A program made the position numbers and the translations under genes. Of a stretch of 64,000 nucleotides of DNA, positions 28,622-37,628 are shown one piece after another. The stretch is from an uncultured Dehalococcoidia bacterium (GTDB lineage: Bacteria; Chloroflexota; Dehalococcoidia; UBA2247; RBG-13-53-26). The stretch lies in NCBI GenBank assembly GCA_964617695.1, contig CAZTYW010000002.1, positions 598 to 64,597 of the forward strand, read 5' to 3'. The notes under the pieces are model-generated. The model was given only the letters and a program-made list of their open reading frames with translations, did no database searches and had not been told where the DNA came from. The first letter of the stretch is position 1, and each line of letters starts with the position of its first letter.

Positions 28622-30031
28622 CTAGTTCCTTCGGCCGCGGCGTGGGGCGCCCCTGGCCTGCTGAGCGGTGGAGCGGTCAGCCCGGTAGTCGGGAGCAACG
28701 ATGTTGAACACCAGACTGAGTCGCGGGTCTGCCAGACGTGAGCTGATTCGGCTCTCGATTTCCTCCAGTGAAGAGCACATGGTGACGGCCATGGGCAGGC
28801 GGGCATTGTACCGGTAGTTGATGAGCTGGTACAGCTTCTCCTGTGCCCAGGGCGTGCTGCTGTGCTCCCCAAAGTCATCCAGGATGAGAAGAGGCGTAGT
28901 CCTCACCTTCTCGAAGAGTTCGTCGTATGTCACCTTGCTTTCCGGGCCGAAAGTGGACCTTAAATGGTCCAGGAAATCGGGGACGATGACGAGACAAACA
29001 GGGTTGCCCCGCCGCACCCGGTAGTTGGCAATGGCGGCGGCCAGATGCGTCTTGCCGCAGCCGTTGTCTCCCTGAAATATGAGCCAGCCGTCTGGAGACT
29101 CGGCAAAGCTCTTGGCAAGGCGAAATGCCTGCTCCAGGTTCTGGCGTTGGTCCGGGGGCAGATTGACGCGTTTGGCGTCAAAGTTGTCAAAGGTCATGCT
29201 GCTGAGCAACTCCAACCCCAGTACGCCTGAATAGTCAAGTATGGAGCGACCCTTTTCCTCCAGCACGTGAACCTGGGAGAGGCTCGGGGCGGTCAGCCGG
29301 CTGTACCATCTCTCATCCAGTTCTTCCAGGACGACGCCGGCCGCTATGTTTATCACGGTAGGCAACTGGTCGTTGAACCGGCGGTTGATGATCTGCAACA
29401 GCTTCTCTTCTGCCCAGGCGGTGCTGGTGTGGATTCCCAGATCGTCCAGCATGAGAAGCGGCGCGGCCTGCACCTGCTCGAAGAGTTCGTCGTAGGAGAC
29501 GTCGCTTGCCGGACTGAAGGCGGAGCGCAGATGGTCGAGCAGATCGGGAACGCTGATGAAGAAAGCTGGCGCCCCTTGCCCCACGCGCTCGTTGGCGATA
29601 GCCGCGGCCAGGTGGGTCTTGCCGCAGCCGCTCGGCCCCATGAACACCAGCCACCCTTCCGGGTGCCTGGCGAAGGACATCGCTGCCTTGCAGGCACGCA
29701 GGAACCTCTCCTGATTGGATGGATCACTGCTGCGGCCCTCGGGTATCAGGTTTTCAAAGGTGAGGCGAGTCAGGCAGCCCAGGTTGCTGTAGCGTTGAAG
29801 TCTGGCCTGCCGGTTCTCTTCAAGCTCTTTCCGGGCGCATTGACAGGGCACCAACTGGCTGTAGTCCGGGCCGCCTGAAGGCAGCCGGGGGTGGACGAAC
29901 CCCGCCCCCCTGCAATGAGGGCACGGCGGGGGCACCTCCGACGGCTCAGCGCTGGACCAGGTGTCCGTACTTGCCCTTGAAGTATCGGTTAGGGTCCTTT
30001 TTCTTCTTAGGATCTCTCCCAGGCTCTCCAC
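28622..30031 (-). CDS. DnaC/DnaI-like helicase-loader ATPase with internally duplicated AAA+ module and N-terminal zinc ribbon
   Basis: 469 aa. N-terminus CPHCRGAGF…VPCQCARKE. Two tandem repeats each carry a Walker A GxGKTHLAAAIAN followed by …VPD(L/F)LDHLRS(A/T)F… and …LDD(L/F)G…: GPSGCGKTHLAAAIANERV… and GDNGCGKTHLAAAIANYRV…. Confidence 0.8.
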   Translation of the reverse strand: MESLGEILRRKRTLTDTSRASTDTWSSAEPSEVPPPCPHCRGAGFVHPRLPSGGPDYSQLVPCQCARKELEENRQARLQRYSNLGCLTRLTFENLIPEGRSSDPSNQERFLRACKAAMSFARHPEGWLVFMGPSGCGKTHLAAAIANERVGQGAPAFFISVPDLLDHLRSAFSPASDVSYDELFEQVQAAPLLMLDDLGIHTSTAWAEEKLLQIINRRFNDQLPTVINIAAGVVLEELDERWYSRLTAPSLSQVHVLEEKGRSILDYSGVLGLELLSSMTFDNFDAKRVNLPPDQRQNLEQAFRLAKSFAESPDGWLIFQGDNGCGKTHLAAAIANYRVRRGNPVCLVIVPDFLDHLRSTFGPESKVTYDELFEKVRTTPLLILDDFGEHSSTPWAQEKLYQLINYRYNARLPMAVTMCSSLEEIESRISSRLADPRLSLVFNIVAPDYRADRSTAQQARGAPRRGRRN

Positions 30032-30701
30032 TCTCCCTACCCTCCGACGACCATCGCTCCAGAATGCGGGCGATGTATTTCCAGTTGCGCTTATTCAGGC
30101 TGACGGCCTCCTTGAAGGCATCCTCGATCCACCGCGGGGGATAAAGCCTCTCCGCCTCCTCCAGTTCGTCGGCGATGATCGGGGTCAGCAGACCGATGTT
30201 CTGCTCGTACAATGTGTAGATGTTGGGCCTTTCGTCTTTCGTGGCTGGCTGCGGCTGCGGCAAGGCACCCAGGGACAGTCTGCCCTCCTGTACGTCTGCG
30301 ATAGTCCCCCTGTTTGCTTCCGTGTTTATGAAATAGACCTCTTCCTGATCTCCCTCTTTCTCAACAACCAGGCGCAAAAGGATACCGTCGGCTACGGCTG
30401 CCTCCAGCGCACCTCCCACGGCTTCAGCAGGGTCGCCGCTGGTATCCATACCTGTCACCAGCCCCTTGTCGCCCATGAGCTCCTTCCCGGTGACAAACCT
30501 GACAGGGCCCTGCTTCTGGTACAGCCGCCAGAAGATGTGCAGCACCAGCTTCAACTCTGCCAGGTTGTCGATGTCGGGCAGTAGCCTGTTGAAGAAAAGG
30601 TTCGGGACAGGCGTGAAGCTCAACCTACTTGGGAAACCGCGGAAGGGTTGTTTGTTCACTATCCTCGTCCTGCGACCAGTAGTTCTCGAACTTGATGACA
30701 T
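29946..30701 (-). CDS. DnaD-domain replication-initiation protein (true start probably downstream of the annotated one)
   Basis: N-terminus …FTPVPNLFFNRLLP… and C-terminal …AFKEAVSLNKRNWKYIARILERW… are DnaD/DnaB(Bsu) helical-domain hallmarks. The track ORF overlaps dnaB by 77 nt, so an internal GTG/TTG start is likely. Confidence 0.7.
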   Translation of the reverse strand: MSSSSRTTGRRTRIVNKQPFRGFPSRLSFTPVPNLFFNRLLPDIDNLAELKLVLHIFWRLYQKQGPVRFVTGKELMGDKGLVTGMDTSGDPAEAVGGALEAAVADGILLRLVVEKEGDQEEVYFINTEANRGTIADVQEGRLSLGALPQPQPATKDERPNIYTLYEQNIGLLTPIIADELEEAERLYPPRWIEDAFKEAVSLNKRNWKYIARILERWSSEGRESGEPGRDPKKKKDPNRYFKGKYGHLVQR

Positions 30702-32031
30702 TCTGGCGGAACCTCAGGTGCCTCTGTCCGGTGGGCCCGTTGCGATGCTTGGCTACTATGATAGTGGCCAGTCCCTCGGGATACTGCTTGTCGGGGTGCC
30801 GCATCTCCCATTCCTCCCTGGTGTGGTACACGTCTTCCCGGTAGATAAACAGCACAACATCGGCATCCTGCTCGATGCTGCCACTTTCCCTCAGGTCGGA
30901 AAGCTGAGGCCGCGGAGGGCTGCGTGATTCCACGGCTCTGCTCAACTGCGATAGGGCAAGGACGGGGACTTCGAGTTCGCGAGCCAGAGCTTTGAGTGAG
31001 CGGGAGATTTCGCCAATCTCCTGCGCCTTGTTCTCCGACCTGCCGTCACCCCGAATTAGCTGCAGGTAGTCCACAATGATGAGGTCTATACCCTGATCGT
31101 AGTAGAGGCGGCGGGCCTTGCCTCGCATCTCCACCACCCTCAGAAGTGGCGAATCGTCCACGTATATGGGTGCCCCGGAGAGTTCGCCAGCGGCCTCCAT
31201 GATGCTCCTCTCCTGCGAGGCCGTGTACTGTCCCGTTCTGACCTGCCTGGAGTCGACCTCAGCCTCGCTGGATAGGAAGCGCTGCACCAACTGCTCCTTG
31301 GACATTTCCAGGCTGAAAATAGCCACTCGGGCCCCCTGGTCCATAGCCGCATTCCTGGCGATATTCAGCGCCAGGCTGGATTTCCCCAGGGCTGTTCTGG
31401 CCGCCAGCACTATCATGTCAGAGCGCTGCAGACCGCCAAGCATGTCATCCAGACCGGCAAAGCCCGTCAGCACGTGAGGCAGATGGCCGGCGGAGTCGGG
31501 TGGCGCCGGGGCAAAACCGGTCTCCTCGAAGTACTCGTCCAGGACGCTGCGGATGTGGACGAAATCGCGGCGGCTCTCGCCGCGGCGTATGCGGTACAGT
31601 ATGTCCTCCGCCTTGCTGAGGGCTGTGTCCACATCGGGGTCCGCTTCGTAGCCTATGGCGGCGATTTGCCCTGAGGCGCTGATCAGGCGCCGCATCAACG
31701 CCAGGCGGTGCACAATCTGAGCATAGTATTCAGCGTGAATCGAAGTGGGAAGTACAGAGACCAGATGACTCAAATACGCAGCACCGCCAACCTCATCCAG
31801 CTTGCCTTGCCTGGTCAACTCCTGGGCGACGGTTATCTGGTCTATTCGCTCGTTTCGCTCGTAGAGAGACAGGCAGGCATCGTAGAGCCACTGGTTCTTC
31901 TCCCGATAGAAGGCCTCAGACCTGAGAAAGTCCGCGGTCTTGAGGATTGCCTCGGGGTCAACAAGTAGCGAGCCGATTACCGCCTCTTCCGCCTCAATAT
32001 TGTGAGGAGGTAACCTCTCGCCGTCGGCCAC
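30625..32031 (-). CDS. dnaB: replicative DNA helicase (GTG start)
   Basis: 468 aa. N-terminal …NIEAEEAVIGSLL… and a RecA-like domain with Walker A …ARTALGKSSLALNIA…. Confidence 0.9.
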   Translation of the reverse strand: MADGERLPPHNIEAEEAVIGSLLVDPEAILKTADFLRSEAFYREKNQWLYDACLSLYERNERIDQITVAQELTRQGKLDEVGGAAYLSHLVSVLPTSIHAEYYAQIVHRLALMRRLISASGQIAAIGYEADPDVDTALSKAEDILYRIRRGESRRDFVHIRSVLDEYFEETGFAPAPPDSAGHLPHVLTGFAGLDDMLGGLQRSDMIVLAARTALGKSSLALNIARNAAMDQGARVAIFSLEMSKEQLVQRFLSSEAEVDSRQVRTGQYTASQERSIMEAAGELSGAPIYVDDSPLLRVVEMRGKARRLYYDQGIDLIIVDYLQLIRGDGRSENKAQEIGEISRSLKALARELEVPVLALSQLSRAVESRSPPRPQLSDLRESGSIEQDADVVLFIYREDVYHTREEWEMRHPDKQYPEGLATIIVAKHRNGPTGQRHLRFRQNVIKFENYWSQDEDSEQTTLPRFPK

Positions 32032-32032
32032 G

Positions 32033-32482
32033 CTATTCCTCCGGGGAAACGGTGACTCTGATCTTGGGGGCGGAATCCGTACCCAGCCGGACGGTTACCT
32101 CGTATTCTCCCAATTGACGGATGGGCTCCTGAAGCTCGATCTTTCTTCGCTCGATCTCCGAGCCGGTCAACCGGCTCAACTCATCGGCGATGTCGCTGTC
32201 CCTGATGGAGCCGTAGAGTCGGTCCTCTTCCACGACCTTGGCCTTAAAGGTGACCAGCAGTCCTTCCAGTTGCTGCGCCAGTTCGCCGGTCTCGGCGGCA
32301 ACACGCTGTTGCCTTTCTCGCTCCTTCTGGACCTGCACCTCTGCTGCCTTCAGAGCCGACGGTGTGGCCAGCAAGGCGAGCTTCCTGGGAAGCAGGTAGT
32401 TCCTTCCGTACCCATCAGCCACGTCCTTCAAGTCTCCGGCCCTGGCTACGTTGGGGACGTCTTTGAGGAAGATGACCTTCAT
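32033..32482 (-). CDS. rplI: 50S ribosomal protein L9
   Basis: 149 aa; MKVIFLKDV…GDLKDVADGYGRNYLLPRKLA. Its stop abuts the dnaB start. Confidence 0.9.
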   Translation of the reverse strand: MKVIFLKDVPNVARAGDLKDVADGYGRNYLLPRKLALLATPSALKAAEVQVQKERERQQRVAAETGELAQQLEGLLVTFKAKVVEEDRLYGSIRDSDIADELSRLTGSEIERRKIELQEPIRQLGEYEVTVRLGTDSAPKIRVTVSPEE

Positions 32483-32587
32483 CGGCCAATATTATACCCC
32501 GCAGCACGGAAAACCGAAAGCCCTTTTCGAAGATGCCAGGCAGTCATTTCGCGTTTCATCTGGCGGACTGAGCGGGCGACACCCGCC

Positions 32588-33874
32588 ATGTCGCAAGGCC
32601 CGCCCTCGGTCTTTGGCGAAGCGTCGCTGCCTGGTTCCAGCCAGGACTGGCATTGTGTGCTGCGCCTTCGCTATAATGACAACGCTTTGAATAACGCAGC
32701 GGACAGGCTCGACAATCAGATCATTGATGAAGTGGAGGCTCACCGCGCTGAACTGATTGACCTCAGCCTCCGGATCCATGCCAATCCCGAGTTGGGGCTT
32801 CAAGAAGTCAGCGCAGCGGCCTGGCTTACGGAGTTCCTGGAAGCCAGGGGCTTTCAGGTCGAGAGGGGCGTGTGTCAGCTGCCCACTGCTTTCAAGGCTA
32901 CGTATGGTCAAGGCAGCCCGGCGATCGCCTTTCTGGCCGAGTATGATGCTTTGCCGGGCCTGGGGCATGCTTGCGGACACAACATAATAGCCGCGGCTGC
33001 GGTGGGGGCTGCGCTGGCCACCAGGGTTGCAGTTGACCAATCGGGAGGGCGAGTCCTGGTGATCGGCACCCCCGGCGAGGAACTCTATGGCTGCAAGGCC
33101 AGCATGGTGGAGAGGGGGGCTTTCGACGGCGTGGATGCGGCAATGATGGTGCATCCGGGAACGCGGGACATCATCGCCCTTCCGGCGCTCGCCTGTTCCT
33201 CCCTGGAGGTGGAGTTCTTCGGGAGGGCGGCTCATGCTGCCGCACGCCCTGACGAGGGCATCAATGCTCTGGAGGCCTTGATCCTGGCCTTCAACAATAT
33301 TAACTCGCTGCGCCAGCATGTTGCGGAGCGCAGTCGCATCCACGGGATAATCATCGAGGGTGGCCAGGCAGCCAACATTGTCCCCGCCCATAGCAAAGCA
33401 CTGTTCCTGGTGCGGGCTGCCAACGAGGCGTATCTTGGCGAGCTGAAGGAAAGAGTGTTGAACTGCTTTAGTGCTGCCGCTCTGGCTACCGGCGCTCGCC
33501 TGGAGTATAGATGGGCGGAAGTAACCTACGCTCCGCTTCGCACCAACGCTGTACTTGCGGAAGTCTTCACTCAGAAGATTGAGACTTTGGGCCGCAAACT
33601 CGACACTTTTGATCCCCAGCGGGGTCTTGGCAGCACGGATATGGGCAATGTGAGTCAGGTGGTGCCCAGCATCCACCCGTTGGTAGCTATCGCCTCTCCC
33701 GAGGTCCTGGAGCATTCGCCCGAGTTCGCTGCTGCGGCCGCCTCGGAGGCGGGGCAGCAGGGGCTCATGGACGCAGCAAAGGCACTTGCTCTTAGCGGGG
33801 CTACCCTCCTGGTTCACCCGGAGTTGCTGGATAGAGTCAGGGCAGAGTCTGCGAGTGGGCAGGGGCCTGCGTAG
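32588..33874 (+). CDS. M20D-family amidohydrolase (aminoacylase / hippurate-hydrolase-like)
   Basis: …AEYDALPGLGHACGHNIIAAAAVGAA…MMVHPG… Start taken at the ATG at 32588. Upstream track residues look non-coding. Confidence 0.8.
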   Translation: MSQGPPSVFGEASLPGSSQDWHCVLRLRYNDNALNNAADRLDNQIIDEVEAHRAELIDLSLRIHANPELGLQEVSAAAWLTEFLEARGFQVERGVCQLPTAFKATYGQGSPAIAFLAEYDALPGLGHACGHNIIAAAAVGAALATRVAVDQSGGRVLVIGTPGEELYGCKASMVERGAFDGVDAAMMVHPGTRDIIALPALACSSLEVEFFGRAAHAAARPDEGINALEALILAFNNINSLRQHVAERSRIHGIIIEGGQAANIVPAHSKALFLVRAANEAYLGELKERVLNCFSAAALATGARLEYRWAEVTYAPLRTNAVLAEVFTQKIETLGRKLDTFDPQRGLGSTDMGNVSQVVPSIHPLVAIASPEVLEHSPEFAAAAASEAGQQGLMDAAKALALSGATLLVHPELLDRVRAESASGQGPA

Positions 33875-34027
33875 GAGGCGGCGCTGCGCCCAGCGGTCCG
33901 GCCTGGATTGTGGACATCCCACCATGCTTCTAGGGAGGACAACGTGAGGAAAAAGAGGGACTTGTCACAACGTGAATCTGCCACTATACTTAGCAGAAAA
34001 CCAGACGAAGCTGGAGAGGAGGTAAAG

Positions 34028-34267
34028 ATGAATCTGCGATGGCTGGTGTGCGGGGGTGGTAACCTGCATATCGTCGGCCCTTGCCCCGATTGCTATGGCA
34101 CTCAAGGGGGGTTGATTCTGGGCACTGTGGCCAGTACCTTCAAAGGCAGGATAGCGGCAAAGTGTGTGGACTGTGGTAAGGCCCTGGACTACTATGTCGA
34201 TGCCAATGAGGGTAAGATCTGGAAGCTCGAGCCTGTTGACGCAAAGGGGATCCGCGTAGAAGTATAG
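34028..34267 (+). CDS. small zinc-ribbon protein (CxxC…CxxC), hypothetical
   Basis: 79 aa from the ATG at 34028, which has a strong GGAGAGGAGG Shine-Dalgarno 5-8 nt upstream. The N-terminal 40 aa of the track ORF precede this and look non-coding. Confidence 0.55.
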   Translation: MNLRWLVCGGGNLHIVGPCPDCYGTQGGLILGTVASTFKGRIAAKCVDCGKALDYYVDANEGKIWKLEPVDAKGIRVEV

Positions 34268-34558
34268 ACTTGACCATCTGAAGAACCCCTACACCAGACA
34301 CCCTGATTGCTGCCTTATCGTCTGCAAGAACCTCAAGGAGGAGGGTTTTTCAGAACGTTCGTTACAGGGTGCTGGGGTCGCCCAGGGGCTCAATCATAAC
34401 CGCTCAGGGTGACCTTGACTCATAAGCTGGCATCGGCGATAGGTCAGCCGTTAGCAGGGTTGGCTCCGGCAAGTTTGGCTAGCTTCGATCTGGTTCAGTT
34501 AGAGCCAGAGCCAGTTTTCTGACAAGATCTTTGTAGGTACAGAGTTCATTCGAAAGTA

Positions 34559-34594
34559 GTTGCCCCCGAGGGATCGGGGGCAACTGCGTTTCTG
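34559..34594. terminator. bidirectional rho-independent-terminator-like hairpin between convergent genes
   Basis: Perfect 11-bp stem GTTGCCCCCGA / TCGGGGGCAAC with a 4-nt loop, followed by TGCGTTTCTG on the plus strand and CTACTTTCG on the minus strand. Confidence 0.5.
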
Positions 34595-34665
34595 CTCCTG
34601 GCACTGTAATCGAAAGCTTCACGGCCTGCAAGGCACATCGGCAGTGGCTGGCAGGTCCCTGGTGT

Positions 34666-35448
34666 CTACCTCCCCTTCCACACTGGCTTTCTCTTCTCGG
34701 CAAAGGCCCTCGGTCCCTCCATGGCATCCTCGGTCTTGATCAGCCGCGCACCGATCTCCTGCTCCAGTTTCAAACCGTTGGTCAGGCTCATCTCCATGCC
34801 GCGATAGGCCAGTTCCTTGACTGCCCTTACTGCCAGGGGGCCATTCTCGCAGATTCTGCCGGCCATTGCCTCTGCCTCGGGCATGAGTTGATCGAAGGCG
34901 ACCACCTTGTTGACCAGCCCCAGGCGGCAAGCTTCCTCAGCATCGACGAGATCACCGGTCATGAGCATCTCCAGGGCCTTGGCAAAAGGTATAAGGCGGG
35001 GCAGCTTCTGACTGCCACTGTTCCCCGGTATAACACTTGACTTCACCTCGGCCAGGCCCAGCCTGGCCGTGTCCGCAGCTATCCTGATGTCGCAGGCCAG
35101 GGCCAGTTCCAGTCCGCCGCCGATGCAAAGGCCGTTGATGGCGCAAATGACCGGTTTCCATATCTGCATGCCGCGCATCGGGTTAATCTCGGGCAGGGGC
35201 ATCGGAGGACGCTTGTCCTCCGGAATGGCCATCCACTCGGCCACCTCCTTCAGGTCCTGTCCTGAAGAGAAAGCCTTGTCTCCGGTGGCGGTTACTATGG
35301 CGGCCCAGATGTCGGGATCGTCTCCCACATCTGTCCATGCCTTGATCAACCCGTCCCAGACGGCGCGGTTCATGGCATTGCGGGCCTCGGGACGGTTTAT
35401 GGTCAGGATCGCGATCCTACCTTTCTTCTCGTACATGAACTCTGCCAT
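34666..35448 (-). CDS. enoyl-CoA hydratase/isomerase (crotonase) family protein
   Basis: 260 aa. …AAINGLCIGGGLELALACDIRIA… crotonase oxyanion-hole motif. Confidence 0.85.
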   Translation of the reverse strand: MAEFMYEKKGRIAILTINRPEARNAMNRAVWDGLIKAWTDVGDDPDIWAAIVTATGDKAFSSGQDLKEVAEWMAIPEDKRPPMPLPEINPMRGMQIWKPVICAINGLCIGGGLELALACDIRIAADTARLGLAEVKSSVIPGNSGSQKLPRLIPFAKALEMLMTGDLVDAEEACRLGLVNKVVAFDQLMPEAEAMAGRICENGPLAVRAVKELAYRGMEMSLTNGLKLEQEIGARLIKTEDAMEGPRAFAEKRKPVWKGR

Positions 35449-35933
35449 TCAGCTACCTCCTTTCCGAGTCGCAAAGCTGCCCCATTTTACGACAAAACCC
35501 GTTTGGCTGGCCACCGTCTGAAGCGGGCGTAGGGATCTTTCGGCGGTTGGCGAACGACGGCGCCGGTTCACCCCGTTCGTGCGCACCGGGCCTCGGCTGG
35601 CTCGCTCCGCTACTGGCAGCCCCGAAGAACAGCACGGACTGTGCGCAAGTTCTCGGGCAACCGTTACCGAGAGGCCACTCCTTTTTAACAGCCAGCAACC
35701 CGTTCTTTACCCCCCGGTCTGTATCCTGTACTTGGACGGCTCCAGAGTGAGGATGTCCCGGGGGGTCGAGGTTGGGTAAGTCTGCCCGGAGCTGAGAATG
35801 TTGCAGGCGACGTTTGACAGGGGCGGGTCAAAGAGGGTGTGAGGCCCCGGCGGGCCGCGGGAGGTGGTGAGGACAAATGGTTTAGCGAGTTGCTGCAGTT
35901 GACTATTTCATTCGTCAGAGAAAGGAGAGGTAG

Positions 35934-37436
35934 ATGAAGATAAAGCGATGTATGGCAGGTCTAATCGTGGCCGCTCTACTGGTCCTGGCCATGGCGTTGC
36001 CGGGAGCGGCGCAGCCAGGCCCGGGTGATTCGGTGCCGGTGTGGCCCTCGAACGTGACGGCCGAACTGGCGCCCGGGGAGACCATGTGCGTCAACAAGAC
36101 TGTGACGGTCCCTACGCTTCTTCCCAAGGCTGATGTGGTCATATCCGTGGACCTGACGGGCAGCATGATTGAGGAGTTGACCAACCTCAAGACGGAGATC
36201 GCCAGCATAGTCGAGGCGCTCTCGAATGAGACTGCAGACCTGAACGTCGGGATAGTCTCCCATGAGGACTACCCGGAGTATTATGACTACTGCGGCTACG
36301 CAGCGCACTACGGGGACGCAACGAACGAGCCCTTCCGGGTTGATCAGGCCGTGAGTGGCGATTTTGCAGCCGCAAAGGCTGCCGTCCAGGCGATGAGTGC
36401 GGGAGGCGGAGCAGACCTCCCCGAATCGTATGCCCGGGTCATGTGGGAGAGTGGCCACTCTGACAATCTGATGGGCTACCGCGCCGATGCCCAGAAGATA
36501 TTGATCATGTTCCTGGATGACCGTCCGCACGACTGCGGTCTGGATACCGGACGCGACCCGGGACGTGACGCAGATGTCGGGACAGGGGACGACATCGACC
36601 TTGAGGACGATGCTATTCCAGCTATGCAGGCTGCCGGGGTGACATTGCTGGTGGTGTCCAGCGGTACTCATACAGCTCTGTGGAATGGGATCGCTGGGGT
36701 CACCGGGGGCTCTGCTGTGCAGATCAACGCCGATGGCACAGTGCCGGGTGGAATCAGCTTGACGGAGCTGATCCTGGACCTGGTAGCCGAGGTGGAGACG
36801 GACGTATGGTGGCAGGTAGCGGCTGATCCCGGCCTGAGCGTTGTGCTTACCCCCGCGGTACACTACGATGTGCCGGGCGGGAGCACCGTTCAATTCCAGG
36901 AGACGATAACGGTGGCCGAGGATGCAACCCCGTGCACTACTCTGGATGCTGTTGTCACCTTCTACGCCAACAGCTACCCTGAAGAAGGGGCGGTGATCGG
37001 CCGGCAATACGTCAGCATCAAGGTGGAGGAGGAGTGCCCTCCGCTCGTAGTATGGTGTGTTGAGAGCGTCAACCCGCACGGGCAAAAGGTGCCGCCTGCC
37101 GGCAAGACTACTATGCCGGGTCCGAAGGGCGGCCAGAACGAGGACGGTTTCTACCAGCTTCTGGCCTCCGGCGGCTGTGGCGAGCCAGAGGACATTGAAA
37201 TATATGTCGACTACGCCGGCGGCAGCTTCGGGCCGTTCGTGAACGGGACCGTCATCAAGTTCACCGAGGCACCTGGGGCGCCCCCCTCGCAGAAGAAGAT
37301 AGGCAGTGCCAATGGCCAGGCAGGCGCAGTGTCCTGGCACATCACCCTGCCTTCCGACCCGGTGATCAGAGCTGTTGACGTTGCTGGCAACGTGGCGACT
37401 TGCGACTGCTGTCTGGTGCCGCCTCCTCCCAAGTAG
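35934..37436 (+). CDS. secreted von Willebrand factor type A (VWA) domain protein
   Basis: 500 aa. N-terminal signal peptide (MKIKRCMAGLIVAALLVLAMALPGAA). MIDAS-like DLTGSM motif. Cys-rich C-terminal tail …CDCCLVPPPPK. AAAGGAGAGG Shine-Dalgarno. Confidence 0.7.
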   Translation: MKIKRCMAGLIVAALLVLAMALPGAAQPGPGDSVPVWPSNVTAELAPGETMCVNKTVTVPTLLPKADVVISVDLTGSMIEELTNLKTEIASIVEALSNETADLNVGIVSHEDYPEYYDYCGYAAHYGDATNEPFRVDQAVSGDFAAAKAAVQAMSAGGGADLPESYARVMWESGHSDNLMGYRADAQKILIMFLDDRPHDCGLDTGRDPGRDADVGTGDDIDLEDDAIPAMQAAGVTLLVVSSGTHTALWNGIAGVTGGSAVQINADGTVPGGISLTELILDLVAEVETDVWWQVAADPGLSVVLTPAVHYDVPGGSTVQFQETITVAEDATPCTTLDAVVTFYANSYPEEGAVIGRQYVSIKVEEECPPLVVWCVESVNPHGQKVPPAGKTTMPGPKGGQNEDGFYQLLASGGCGEPEDIEIYVDYAGGSFGPFVNGTVIKFTEAPGAPPSQKKIGSANGQAGAVSWHITLPSDPVIRAVDVAGNVATCDCCLVPPPPK

Positions 37437-37473
37437 GTGGGACCAGGGGCAGACACCCAGCACGTACGGACAG

Positions 37474-37512
37474 GGAGGGGATGCCAGACCGGCATCCCCT
37501 CCTTCGTTTGCC
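37474..37512 (+). terminator. rho-independent terminator after the VWA gene
   Basis: Perfect 12-bp stem GGAGGGGATGCC / GGCATCCCCTCC with loop AGACC, followed by TTCGTTTGCC. Confidence 0.6.
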
Positions 37513-37567
37513 TGCGGGGCCTGGGGTAGGGGGGGTGTTTCTGGCTCGGGTGCCGCTGGCGGCGAGT

Positions 37568-37606
37568 TTTCGATTCGAGAGTGCAGTGTGCTATAATCTA
37601 GCTAGA
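37568..37606 (+). promoter_or_regulatory. candidate promoter of the GRE operon: extended -10 TGcTATAAT (37589-37597) with weak -35, immediately followed by the perfect 10-bp palindrome TCTAGCTAGA (37597-37606)
   Basis: Read directly from the sequence. Located 32 nt upstream of the GRE GTG start, between the upstream terminator and the AGGAGG Shine-Dalgarno (37616-37621). Confidence 0.45.
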
Positions 37607-37628
37607 GACGCCCTCAGGAGGTTTAGCC

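Noticed and set aside
28622-30031. IS21-family IstB helper ATPase interpretation of the DnaC-like gene
   Set aside because: There is no IstA-like DDE transposase and there are no inverted repeats. The gene sits in a dnaB/DnaD context and has a DnaI-type N-terminal zinc ribbon, so a replication-loader role is favoured.
32492-33925. 477-aa minus-strand ORF
   Set aside because: Antisense to the M20D amidohydrolase, which has conserved metal-ligand blocks. Artefact.
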